Shown here: piece after piece, positions 51,625-64,000 of the stretch | Position numbering within the stretch: position 1 is the stretch's first letter | How the letters are laid out: each line of letters begins with the position of its first letter | Assembly (NCBI GenBank): GCA_024704765.1 | Contig: JAKMXF010000365.1 | Span: forward strand, 124,001-188,000 | DNA from: Oopsacas minuta | Lineage: Eukaryota; Animalia; Porifera | Length of the DNA: 64,000 nt | Direction: 5' to 3' | Notes under the pieces: generated by a model | What the model saw: the letters and a program-made list of their open reading frames with translations, nothing else | The model's database searches: none | What the model was told of the DNA's origin: nothing | Translations under genes and position numbers: made by a program

Positions 51625-54600
51625 TTATGCCCAAATATCTTGAATATATCTCTTAGACTTTAGGAGTTCTTTCAAATAGCTCAGAGCTTCTTCCGGAGTC
51701 AATCCTAAACACAAATTTTAAAGATTTTGTCCTGTACACTTGCATGAACAGTCAGGCGATGGTCCATACTTGCCAATTCTACCGGGACCTATCGATTTTA
51801 CAAGAAATCCAGAGAATCGAGGAAATAATTACATATTTATGTTCCTTTTCTGGGGTAGGACTAGAGATCACAGAGCGAGGAAGCAAGGATGGATATTTGC
51901 CTCAATATACTGGCGATTACAATAGGGAAATGAGGTAACGCCCGAAAAAGCGAGGAGGCAACTGCATCCTCTGCCTCAATGCTAGTTACTCCCTAGCTTT
52001 TACCAAAATATTTGCCTAAAATTGCAATTTCTGGAGTCAAATTTGGAATCTATGGAATTGTGTGAATATTCTAGTTGTATATGTATACTCTTGTATCTAC
52101 ATTGACTTGTCAAGTGCATTTGAACCACAATAAGTACATGATACCACTTTAGTTGCATAAGAAATTGATTTCACACCTTTTGGTGGGGAAGTTACTCACC
52201 TCCAAACTTCTCAAATATCTTTATCCAAGCAGCTCTGACGTCAGGCGCCATATTATTAACATCTCCACATAGATATATAACAGCATTCTCATCCAGTACT
52301 AATCTAATTAGCTCATTACCATTTTCTATCATAGAATCTTGCACGTAGTGGTGTTGGTGGTTAGGATCTCTGGAGAAGGCAGTTTCCAGTTTTGTGAGGA
52401 TGTTATTTGTTTTGAAGTTGTTTAGCTCTTCTCTAAAAGAAGTAAACATAAATAAACAACAACAAATTGTTTGTTTGCTTCTTACTTAAATAGGAAGTCT
52501 CCTTCAGAATGCCTGCACCCGAAAAATAGATGAGCACTGCCAAATTGAATGCCTTGGGAATTATTAACCCTCTCTCTAAGAAGTAAACAAATAAACAAAC
52601 AAATATACAACAAGTAACGAACTGGTAAACAAACTTGCAAACAAACAAATAAACAAACCTGTGCTCCAGAAATCCAATGAAAGGGGCTACACCAGTACCA
52701 GGCCCAACCATAATTATCGGCCTAGTTACATCACCTGGTAGATGGAATGTGTTCACCATTCTTGCTATTATTGACAACTCTATCTATTATAAACATCAAT
52801 TATATATGGAAATAAACTAATAAACAAACTTACTTTTTGCTTAACACCTTGACTGGTGGTTGATGTCATTAACTGGGTTGATAACGTTTTCAACCAGCTT
52901 GTACATAATCCATATCTAAAAGTAGCTCATTAAAATGGTGTGAATTTGTGTCAATTACACAGCCACTTATCACCTGTTGTTTGGATGCCAAGGTCTCGTA
53001 TTTAGATGTACTAAACTGAATACAATCTTTATCGTGTCTTCAGAAGTTAGAGGAGAACTGATAATGAAGGGAATAAACAAATAAACAAACAATCAAACAA
53101 TCAAACAAACAAACAAACAATCATATTTCTATATAAATAACTGTAAACATAAGGTGCTTACTTGCAAATAGAATAATATCTCGGATTAAGAGGCAGTAGA
53201 AATTCTAAAATTACAACAAACAAATAAGCACAAATTATTGATTATTTTACACATCTTAGAGTCACAATGTGTCCTCTAGGGTGTCCGTAGACAAGGTGTC
53301 AAAACATAAATATTACCAATTAGTCTGGATAGAGGAGGATTACATGAAGGAAATGTATACAATACATCCATTAGAGTACTTGATTGGTGTCTTATTAATG
53401 TCCCATAGTCTGTGGCTCCTATCGGAATAAAGTTAAAATTGTGGAGAAGTTGGAAACTTGTTTCAGCGCTGTCACGTGAATGAATAATTTCAATATATTT
53501 ACTAACTAACGGGTGAATAGTAGTGACAGACCTCCTTTAACACGCTTAATTAACATATTTAGAATTAGAGTCATTAATATTTCAATGAATTGGACACTTT
53601 GTATTATGATAAAGTCATCAAATAATGATATATGAAATGCCATCCGCCCGCATGCTTCGATGTACACCATGTGGAGCTGAAACAAGTTTCTCATTAACAA
53701 GGGACTTATATGTGTGTGTGTACCTTCTTTGCTTGACAGTTTCGCTAGTTTATAGCTCTCCTCATCGTCACTAGTGTATTGAGCCAACATCCATAGTAAT
53801 GACTACAAAGATTAATGCATTAATGGATGAAGGATATCATCCAAAAGGTGCGGAAATATTCACCGTAGGATATTTTAAAATGGAGATTTCCACCAAAATT
53901 GTGATACTTCCATATTCCATATCAGATATCAGTTAAATATTAAGTATAGGCTATCTTCATAATGAAAGTATAATACAGTTGCTATGGTTGCTATTGACGT
54001 CAGTAGATATGTAGAACTCCAATATATATATATATATACGATTGAATTCTAATCGTATGTCTACCAGCTCTCAACTTAAATAACAGGCAACATTCCTCAA
54101 ACAGCTGAAGTGAAGTTGACTGTATTTTTAGCAAATACGCGAAAAAATGGCAGAAACGTTCTTGCAACAGGCTAAATATGCAGAAGCGATGGAAAGATAC
54201 GAAGGTCAGTTGTTATCCCTGCCCCTGGGGACTCCTTTTCTGTCCAAGTTGATTGTGGAACTGATCCAAGGGGGCTGGCTCGGGTCCAGCTCCGATGTTG
54301 TGGTGAATATTTTGTTGCATACAAATCAGGTATTTTGAATGTTTCAAAGTGTATTATGATAATTTGATTTTGCAGATATGAGAAAGTTTATGGAGAGTGA
54401 ATACAGAGTCATGTTTGAAAATAATGGAACGATTCCACCAGAACATAGAAACCTACTCTCTGTCGCTTACAAGAATGTAGTCGGAGCCAAGAGGAGCTCC
54501 TGGAGGACAATATGTTCCATCCAAGAGAAAGAAGAGAATGGTCAGGCTAAGAACAAAGACCAGAAACTGACTATCATTAAGGTGAGCAAACTTTTGCAAA

Positions 54601-57600
54601 TACGAGGCACTAGAAAGTTGTCTACTGCATCATATTTGCAGGTTTTCATTTAGAAGGGAGGCGTTCTCCTTAGCTCGCTATTTATATAATATACCTACAG
54701 AAAGTTAAGAGTGCTATCGAGGAAGATCTAGACGAAATCAGTAACAGCCTTCTCAACCTGATAGACAGTTATAAGCTATGCAATGCTCATTTTGAGGGTA
54801 CAGATGATCCAAACTTAGTGTCAAATGTGTTTTACTCAAAAATGTAAGTCAATTATAGAATATTACAGTAGACTCCACTTATAGAGTCACATCGGGACTA
54901 CTTTTAACCCGATTAACGGAGTAATATAGCACTGCTATTATAGAGTGTAAGATCAATAAGCAGGGGTCTCTATAAATGGGGAAAGTCTGTAAGCGGGCAA
55001 TTTTGGTCTACTTTCATTCATTTTCATAGAAATAAACCTCTATAAGCGGGAAGTGGGGTATGGAGCTTACTTTAGAGATACTTTTCCCTCACATCATTGA
55101 AATTTACTTATATTTGTGGAGAATTCTGCCATAAATTTCTTGAGTATTCAATTTTTGTGCTAATATTGGAAAAACACGTATTTATAGCTCCGATGAATTG
55201 AAATTTTGGGTTTCTCAGAAGAATTTCTTACAAATTAGTATATTCAACCAACAACGATATTATGAATTGTACACAGGAAGGGGGATTATTATCGCTATAT
55301 GGCAGAGTACAAATCAGGAGATGAGAGAAAAATAGTTGTGGAAAAAGCATCTGAAGTTTATAAACAAGCTGAAGAATTGGCAAAGCCCTTGCAATCAACT
55401 CACCCAATTAAACTGGGGTAAGAAACAACTAGCACAATTACACTAAAACTAAAACCTCAGATTACAGTCTGTACCGAGTTAATTTTCACCAGAGCATTAA
55501 GCGTTCCTCATTCTTTGGAGCGTGCAGGAAAAATGGAGCGCGGTCCTTTCCATTCATCAATATTGAATTTATTCATTGCACATTCAAGAAATTACTAAAT
55601 ATGCAAAGTAAAACAATTCCAAATGTGATTTATACAAATTGTCTCTCAGCAGCCACTTTTTATAGAAAGAATACTGATTTTCTGCAGAATAGCCATGAAT
55701 TTTGTGTATTGTTTGCAATTAAATAGGAGCGCGCTCATAAATGGAGAACTCCACCTTCCGCTTCTGAATCATAACTTGAGCGCGGTCCTTTAATGCTCTG
55801 ATTTTCACAAAAGTAATTACAGTGAATTATTGAACTATATTATTCTACTCAACACATTTTAGCTAAGAAATTTCGGATACAGAAGAACTCGGATAACACC
55901 TCGGGGAACGAAATTAAGTACGTCTTAAGCCGAGTTCTAGTGTAGTATATAGATAATCGTGAAAGTGTCAAAATCTAATTCTATGTCCCAATTTAATATA
56001 TACTATATTACATATTTTTTTATCACAGGTTAGCTCTGAATTATTCAGTTTTTCACTACGAGATCCTTTCCAATCCTGAGGAAGCCTGCAAATTGGCTAA
56101 GATGACATTTGATTCAGCCATCGCAGATTTAGACTTGTTAAAAGACGACACTTACAAAGACGGTGCATTAATTATGAGTCTGCTGAGAGACAATCTTTCC
56201 CTATGGACAGCTGAAATACAAAGTGGTATGTAGCTACAGTTAACTCCAGTTATATATATAAAACACGAATATACCGAATACCCGCTTATACCGAAGTGTG
56301 AAATTGTACAAATATGGTCTCAAACCTCCAAAGTAACAAATTTTCATCGGTTATATCGAAGTGATTATCACGACCCCTTGAGCTTCGATATGACAGGAGT
56401 TTCCTGTATAACAATTGCAGGATATTCAAGATAACGAATGTCAGCTGGCATTTTTGAAGCACTTTTACTAGATAAAAAGAAGAAAATTTCAAATCGTTCA
56501 CTGAATTCCTGAAAATTAACTACAGTTGTATTCGGGTATTTTCGTCCGTTTCTTTATAAAAGAATGAAGACGAAACATCCAATTGGCTTGATATCAATTG
56601 TAATTATTTGGTGTTTGTATTTTAGAGGCACCTACAGGAGAAGAGGGGACAGGAGATCAATAAAGATGTCGACCCCTAGTTACACACATTCCAATAGTTC
56701 AGCATTGTTTCCATGTTAGAACATTACTGTAATATAATGGTATTAATATTTTCTCATAATTTCTACAAAAGAGAAAAGTTTTCAATAATTTTGGGATGTA
56801 AATTTACAAAAGAATTATCAGTGGGTACCAAATATGGGATATTGTGTCAATAAGTGTCACGATAGGTGTTATATATCAAATAACTCAAAGTAACAATAAC
56901 TCATGCTCCAAATATGACAAAGTGGTCTCTATCGAAGCAAAAAGTTGGCTCATATGTGAGACAATTCGGGAACATTCAATAGCTAGAAATAAATACCTTT
57001 TTAGGAATGGCTCTAATATCCAGATGGTGTAGAAATAATTCCTTCACAGAACAAATGTTAGGTATATACGGTGGTATACAAGCACCTACATTGATAAATA
57101 TATTGTCAAAAGTGTCCAATTTCAAAATCACAGTGGACCTCGTTAATAGGAACACGGTTAATACGATTTTCCGGATAAGACGGTCACATCTTGACAGTTG
57201 GCGTTAGTATTAACGAGGTTCCACTGTAATTGAATTATCGTTCACTGTTCAGGCTGAAAGCAGGGGCGTGCTGTGCTGGTCCTTCAAAAAAGGACAACAA
57301 TCTAGCATAGCCTGAGGAGTCCAGTCGCGGATGCAAGATATGCCTTGGATAATCTCACGGCTCTACGCTAAGATATCGATCTTTCACGAGAACTTTGTTT
57401 ACTTGGAAAATTGTTACCGTTGGACCAAAAATTCAATGATTACTTGGTTCTACCTACTTTGAAATTTTGATCCCACGAACCAAAATATTCCACTGACAGC
57501 TCTAGGGACTATATTCGAGCTGCACTCTCATCAGATGAATTCATATTCAATATATGTATTGTAGTGCATGATACGTTTATGGGGGGCCATGAGTCAGTGG

Positions 57601-60600
57601 CCCAAAACTAGTTCTCGTTGTCTCGTCCCAAGCCAGCACGCCCCTGACTGGAGGATAGGAATGTCCAGATTGGGCACAACAATTTAGAGCGTAAGAATAT
57701 ACCATTTTTCTTATTGTGAGGAATAATAGAGAGTTCTATTAGTGAGTTGGCCTTGTCTTTAAGATGTAATCTTTGTAACAAGTATTCTACTTCAAATTCA
57801 TCATTAGGACAGAGAATACCAACTGCATCTCCAGCTTGGAAACCGAATGGATCCTATGACAAATATTGTGAGTGAAAGGACCGTTGGGAGACAAAGACAT
57901 AGTTGCTAACCCTCCCAGGATTTCAAGTCTTATAAGGGGAAACTTTGCTATATTTCTGGATATTATGATCGCTCTTAGCTAATAATAAATATGTAGTGCA
58001 TTTGAATATACCAAATAATTTGTTAAAATGTGTGCTCTATAACAAAATTCGAATTTATGAACTTCTCAGGTTCACACGAGGGTTCATAAATCGCCCATAA
58101 CACCAGCTGTATATAAATCGCCAGTTAAAAACCTACATGCATTTGTATATCCAGCTCTATTACTGTATTAACATCTGGATAATTCACTGTATCAGTAAGC
58201 TGATTAGCTTTAACCAGCTGACATATTGATATTATGTCATGTGGATATATTGGATGAGCTCTGAATGAAGGACACTCCGCCGTGTTCTAAATGAAATGAG
58301 AATATATGCAATAGGCTCCGATTAATAGATTCACATCGGTTAACTGGTGTCTCTATTAAGGGGAACTACTCGACACCTAATAGTTAGTTTAGATGGTATA
58401 GAATACTCACATCTGTAATTTCTAAATGCAAATATTCATGCTGTAACATTGGAGTGGACAGTTGTCCGTATTGTTGTGTATTTACTGTTGAAACATAATG
58501 TGTGTTTGTGGTGTCCATATTTGCACTCGTGTTGTTTGAAGATACAGGTGACGCTGAGCTAAACAAACAAACAATAATATACACTGGTGTTCGCCTATTA
58601 ACAAGTTTTCAGAGACTTAGCGCCCATTTTGTATTGGAAATATTCCTTAAATATGCAAGGGAAATTTGCTATTCTAATGACAGTGTATGCTTACATTGAG
58701 GTCCGTAAGAGAGGGATTTGTGAGTCCATTAGAAGTGGAGAATCAGAAACATGATCACGCTTCTTACCTAGAGATATAGACAGGGGTTTATCTAGGTGTT
58801 TTGGCGGTCACCTAAGAGTGTCAGTTCAGCAGCCGTGAAGACATAACTGCCATTCTAGGAGAGCCCCTGCAAGAAGTGTCAACCCAAGAAATTCCTAGAT
58901 GTATAACAATTCGTTCGAATTCGTAACAAATAAACAAACAAAAACACATTTCTCACTTGCTAAATGAACGGGATTAATTCTATTTTTCTTTAAACAACAA
59001 AACATTACAAATACACAAATATCTGACACAAACAGCTAAATAGCCATAATAAACAAATGTGAATATACACAGAACAATACACAAAGCCTATTGCTATTAT
59101 CACACAATCCAAACAATAGAAATACAATTTCTAAAGAAACAAGCAATCCATATAGAGTAAATAAAAACATGAATGATTACGCGTTATTTATTTGTTTACT
59201 TTTAATCACATTCGTGACCGAAGGCTTTTAACTGTGACTTATCGGTCCGATTGAACCTCGAACTAAATTCTATAATTAGACCTGACCTGTTGTAACTGAA
59301 TACTCACCATTTTTGTTATTAATATCAATGGCAGATAACTGAATCTGATTGATTGCAGATTCTAATTTCTCAGACATTCCAATCAAGTTTGTTGGTTGCT
59401 TTGATACGATTAGTGGAGATGTTTTTGATGAAATAATTATGCCATCTAAGAGTGGTTCGTTATCACTGAATTCTTGTTTGTTTCCCTAGCAACATACAAA
59501 TATGTATATGAGATATAATACTAAATAGTTTTGATAACTAACTGTAATAAATGTTTGGAATGATTGCCATAAGTTATCGACCCAGGGATCAACAACTACT
59601 TCCAACCTAAATAACAAACAATAATGTATACAAGTATTAGTAATACAAACATAGTATGTATATATATATATACACATATACACTATGTCACAGGTATTAC
59701 ACTTCAAAAAAGGTGTTAAGATATGAATAATTGTGCGAATTATCAACACAGAAATATTAGTTTTTATTCATAGGAGGATTTATGTCAAGTTACGCGCGTG
59801 TGCCTGCACATGTCAATAACTAACCCAGTCCCATCGTCCGCAAATCCTGGTGCAAAGAATGGTATCGCTCCTAAACTCAACAGTCTCTGATTTAAATTCT
59901 TTCCCATAGCACAGAAATTAGCGTAGTTGGAATCTCCCAGACCTAATAGGAACTGTCAAAATATATTTAAGAACCAAATAACCATATATGGGACGTGTGA
60001 ATTGTATGCATAATTAGGACAATTATTGCAATTCAGATAAAAACTGAATGAAAGACACAATTATAATTGAATTAGGGAGATTACCTAAGAGAGCAAATCT
60101 GAGATTAGAGAGTAGATTGTTACTCAATCCTCTATTCTTAATTAATCTCCAGAATTTCCTTACAGTATCAGGAGGTTCTCCCTCTCCCGTTGTAGACACT
60201 ATAAATACCACAAATCCTCCAATCTTCAATCGTTCCTAAAAATAATCGGGCAAAATCTTAGTACCTCTGAGTGTCATTCGTAGCACTCGACAGGCATACA
60301 AACCCCCCGAGATGCCTAGACTATCAGGGTGTTATTCAGGGACGAATTAGATATTCTTAGGATATAATTGCAAATTTATGTGCCTACTTTGCCAAATAAT
60401 TACATGAGATTGACACTTATGGATGCTAAACTTGGAAATCCCTGCATTTAGCAAATACAATGCCGAGAATTATGCGAACAGATTTTGACTGTCAGTTGGC
60501 GTTCTTATTTACGAGGTTTCACTGTAATTCCCTTACTATTATTCTAAGTTTTACGTACAAAACTACCAGGCTGTGATAAGCAAGCTATATCAACTTGTAA

Positions 60601-60708
60601 CGAGAATTCCTGTCTCCCAGTTTCCAATACTTCTTCTGCTATTGCCTGGGCCTGTCCTTTCTGAGATCCATATAGTATCTGTACAGGTGGATATTCCTTA
60701 GTTGCCAT
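51625..60708 (-). CDS. MTRR: Methionine synthase reductase (diflavin reductase), multi-exon
   Basis: [121 protein letters not shown], and the terminal KRYIQDIWA* (stop at 51625). Confidence 0.93.
54147..56663 (+). CDS. Divergent 14-3-3 protein, 6 exons, nested antisense in an MTRR intron
   Basis: [70 protein letters not shown]. Exons approx. 54147-54204, 54376-54581, 54701-54843, 55277-55417, 56030-56225, 56626-56663. Confidence 0.95.
55490..55800. mobile_element. Non-autonomous hAT element in a 14-3-3 intron
   Basis: Perfect 11-bp TIR CAGAGCATTAA/TTAATGCTCTG and perfect 8-bp TSD ATTTTCAC (55482-55489 and 55801-55808). Confidence 0.92.
56237..56406. mobile_element. Full-length MITE family A copy (Tc1/mariner-type)
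   Basis: TA-CAGTTAACTCCAGTTATA ... TATGACAGGAGTTTCCTG-TA: imperfect TIRs with a TA duplication. Confidence 0.85.
57131..57226. mobile_element. pogo/Tigger-like MITE (family C)
   Basis: TIRs CAGTGGACCTCGTTAATA and TATTAACGAGGTTCCACTG with TA on the right. A partial copy ends at 60524. Confidence 0.8.
57261..57646. mobile_element. Probable non-autonomous TIR element
   Basis: Perfect 13-bp inverted termini CAGGGGCGTGCTG / CAGCACGCCCCTG. The 8-bp flanks match only 5/8. Confidence 0.6.
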
Positions 60709-61488
60709 TTGTATTTTGTAATGCTAATATTTGTAAATTCATACAAAATGGCAAGCAATATGAAAAATCTGTGGACAGTGCAATAATGTATGTGTTAGCA
60801 TAGGACAATAGGATATTAGTTATTTGAGTATTCGGAGTGTGTGTTATAATTAGAATAAAGTGTTTTACAACGTATGGGTTTCATGTGAGTATACCTTCTA
60901 AATATCCATAGATTTTGATATGATCATACTTGGCAACTATCCTGCACCATCGCCCCGCGTTTTCTTTCACTCAGATAAATTTACAAATCAAAGGAAATGG
61001 TTAGACGAGGTAGTAAGTATGCGATGGATAACTGTTTGATCTAATAATATAATCATCTACTGTATTTCCTTGAATAGAGTAGACACCTGAGGTAGTCTTG
61101 GGATTAATAATCGCCGCGACTGCTATGCTATTCAAGGAAATACAGTATTTGTCCTGGAAGGCAAACATGACAAAACTCGAGTTAAATAGTGTTTAACGCA
61201 GTTTACGGCGAATTTTAATGATAAAGTTAAAATATTATAAATTGAAAAGTTACACAATATGATATTCTGCAAAAATTATAGGTGATGACATTCCTATTAC
61301 ACAATTAAATAACTAGGATTGAGCAATTGATTTGTATTCAATAAATTTCGTCAGTAGCTAAAAGCATTTCTCAATAGACACATGATTAATCAAGGTTGAC
61401 TAAACACAAGATTATCCTGCATGATTCAAGTATAAAAAAGGTGTTTTCCACAAAAATAAACAACAAAAAATAAATCTTCTCACTCAAG

Positions 61489-62300
61489 ATGACACTCAAT
61501 ATCTTAATACTGACATTACTCGTTATTACATACTCGAGTGCCCAGACAGAAATAACAATAACTGTGAATATTCAAGCACCGCAGTTTACTCCAAATCCAC
61601 CGCCAATAACGGTAAGAAATTATACATATTTCTAAAGTTTATTAGATTTCATAGTTAGAAACTGAAAATCGAATTCTACGCACTCGATTATCCTAATTAA
61701 CCGTTGGAAGCTAAGCTCTAGCTTATTTTTGGACTAGACGCAAAAAGGTGTGAAAATATGATAAACATAAGCAAAACCACCAATAAGATTGCAGGATTTT
61801 TCAATAGTATCATATCAGTAGAACCAATAGAATGCTAGTATTCAGTGTGACAAAGCCAGCAGTCAAATTGATCAAACATAACTCGCAAAAAAAGGTGTGA
61901 AAATATTAGTTCATAAAATCCTGACCACAATTACTCAAATTGTACCCATGTGCCACTTTCGATGCCATTTGGACCATTTTGTAATAATTCCAATTTCCTA
62001 TAGGTTAGCGTGCCAATTGGGGCAACAGCTTTAGAAGCTATAGAACTAGCTGCAGGGCAAAACAGCCAGTATCGGTTTGGAGGCACTAACTTTGGGCCAG
62101 GGCTCGGATGGCTGATCGACACATACAATGGACTCAGTAATGACCTCCAAGCTAACACCTGCTGGTTCTTCTTCATACGTCAACGGGGAGGAGAAGCGTT
62201 TAAGCCCAACAAGGGGGTGAGTACCTATCTGCTGTCGGTTGAGGAGACCATTATTTCATTCAGGTACCGGGAAGACACGGAGTTTTGCATAGAATTCTAA
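61489..62300 (+). CDS. Secreted single-domain transcobalamin-beta/DUF4430-like (putative cobalamin-binding) protein, 2 exons
   Basis: Exon 61489-61611 (signal peptide MTLNILILTLLVITYSSA-QTEITITVNI...) and a phase-0 exon 62004-62300 (VSVPIGATALEAIELAA...RFGGTNFGPGLGWLIDTYNGL....NTCWFFF......KPNKGVSTYLL..EETIISFRY). The pattern was recognised by eye. Confidence 0.7.
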
Positions 62301-63543
62301 TTAAGAATCATAGTGTCTACAATTGTTATTATTTGTGTTTGTTAGAGTGTGATAAACTTGTTGTGTGATATTATATGTTTTCCCTCAGACATGGGAACCA
62401 CAGGGGTATAGTTCCAATGCCCAATGGACCCATTTGACATACCCAAAGTGGTGTCGGCAAGTCTTGTGCCTTTAAATAATAATCAGGTATATAATCGGAT
62501 AGAAATGTTATTGTTGATATATACATCTTAAGGTGGTTGTATGGACGAATCTTGCATTCCTATTACACAAGGATGTCGTCAAGCTTTGCTACATTCACGT
62601 TTACATATTTGAAGAAATGTATCGAGGGCCAATGAGGCTAATATCCCGCCAAACTACTAAATCTTTAATTGTCAAGTATACGTTTATTACAGCTAGTATT
62701 TTGAATCAACTGATTGCATCAACTGTAGCAGAATGTTAGGGCGGGGATTCTTTGCATGTTTGCTTTCTTTATTCAGATATTTTATTGATTATGTAACTAC
62801 TAAGGTATACGATGAACAAAGGCATGACGGAAGAAAGTACAAAAGGAATTTAACACCTAAGAGCAATAGAAATATTACAGATGACATAGTGCTATAAAAT
62901 GAGTATTTTTCATTTACTTTCAGCAAAAAAACTCTAACCAATATGAAATTCTAGAAGGGTACGAAGGTGTAGAATTGTTTTCTCTTTCGAATGGTGTGGA
63001 AATTTTGGCACCTTTGCTTTCATAATTTTTGCTAGAGGCCAGACAAATGTTTGACCAGTGTGAAATAATGACACTTTGTAGTTTTGGCTGCGGGGAGCTT
63101 AAGGAGAAAAAAAATTGTATAGGCAACCATTTCACTACTGGGTCACAATACTAAAGTATGTCAGCACAGTAAAACTTTGCAATCTCTAGAAAGGGTAAGG
63201 ATTCATTCAGGACTCCTTACGCAAGGTATCGAATGCTAAATTAGAATTTCAAACAAACTTGTGGTGAAAGAAAGCATTAACAACATTCCAAACTATGTTT
63301 ACACAGAGTTAAGAAAATATGATACAAAAAGTTGAGAAAATATGCTGTTTAGTGCCCTCAGCATACCTTTGTGCTTTCTGACGTACAATCAAGGTTAATA
63401 TATTAGATAAATAGGTGCTTCTGATACTCACAAAGAATATTCTAGGACACACTGCCATTTAGTATAAATACGAGTGTCACCTAGTGAATTGCCATAATCG
63501 CGACTAATCACCTAAATCAGCTGATACGATAATAAATATTACA

Positions 63544-63993
63544 ATGGCGGAAAGATATCCGAATCGGGGGCAGGAAAGAGCGCCCACTAATAGGGAGAAT
63601 AGGTGGATAGAAATATTGAAGCGGAGAAATGAAATCATGAGGGAGCAAATCGAATACTTTATAAATAGCACGATCAGGAAGGCACACGAAATTGTGGATT
63701 GGTTTAAAGAAAAGGGCATACTTATTATTAAAACTAAATTTCAAGAGAAAGAGCCGCAAGCAAAAAAAATATACAACAAAATCGAAGATCTCCAAGCCGA
63801 ATTAGACGTGCTATTAGTTACTTGTGAAGACAGAACAGCCAGTGCGGAGGAAGCTGAGATGATAGAGCAGATTATACAACAGATAGGAGTAGAAGAATGC
63901 AAATTCCAAGACACGATACCTGATATCAAATCTTACCTAGATGGGCAGGCATTACGCGAAGTGTTGAAAGAAGATCTTCCTTTCGAAGATTAG
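63544..63993 (+). CDS. 149-aa helical, charged protein of unknown function
   Basis: ATG-initiated single ORF with protein-like composition. No family recognised. Confidence 0.55.
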   Translation: MAERYPNRGQERAPTNRENRWIEILKRRNEIMREQIEYFINSTIRKAHEIVDWFKEKGILIIKTKFQEKEPQAKKIYNKIEDLQAELDVLLVTCEDRTASAEEAEMIEQIIQQIGVEECKFQDTIPDIKSYLDGQALREVLKEDLPFED

Positions 63994-64000
63994 AAAGACA

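Noticed and set aside
51880-51995. Candidate MTRR last exon ([11 protein letters not shown]...)
   Set aside because: Phase-incompatible with the upstream donor. The exon at ~51702-51625 gives the canonical RYIQDIW end.
62389-62739. Possible extra exons of the transcobalamin-like gene
   Set aside because: The domain ends naturally before the stop at 62300, and no consistent open spliced frame could be built. RNA-seq would be needed.

Overview
AT-rich, intron-containing animal-type genomic DNA. The compact introns with (AAAC)n tracts, many NHL genes and MITEs resemble a sponge genome, possibly a glass sponge; this is an inference, not a database result. Genes recognised by manual splicing and motif reading: five NHL or TRIM-NHL beta-propeller genes (one frameshifted), an intronless myosin-I-like gene with degenerate motor motifs, SARS1, PDCD5, DUS1L plus a decayed DUS1L fragment, a CDK1/2-like kinase (PSTTIRE), glutaredoxin (CHFC), PRCC, an atypical Maf-like bZIP, PRIM1, CDIPT, CTH, an unknown coiled-coil gene, MTRR, 14-3-3, a secreted transcobalamin-beta-domain-like protein and several orphan ORFs. 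Four genes sit inside introns of others: TRIM-NHL in CDK, CDIPT and an NHL gene in PRIM1, and 14-3-3 in MTRR. The top finding is a tandem array of four ~100-120-nt RNA genes (49062-50196, minus strand) filling intron 1 of the coiled-coil gene. Each unit has a conserved upstream element at about -70..-56, a TATA box at -32 and a T-run after the 3' end. The 5' and 3' ends pair into a long stem with compensatory changes. In three copies that stem encloses a short-variable-arm, mitochondrial-looking tRNA cloverleaf with a different anticodon (GGA, GAA, TAG); the fourth copy has lost its anticodon and T arms. All exon coordinates were read by eye and may be off by a few bases.
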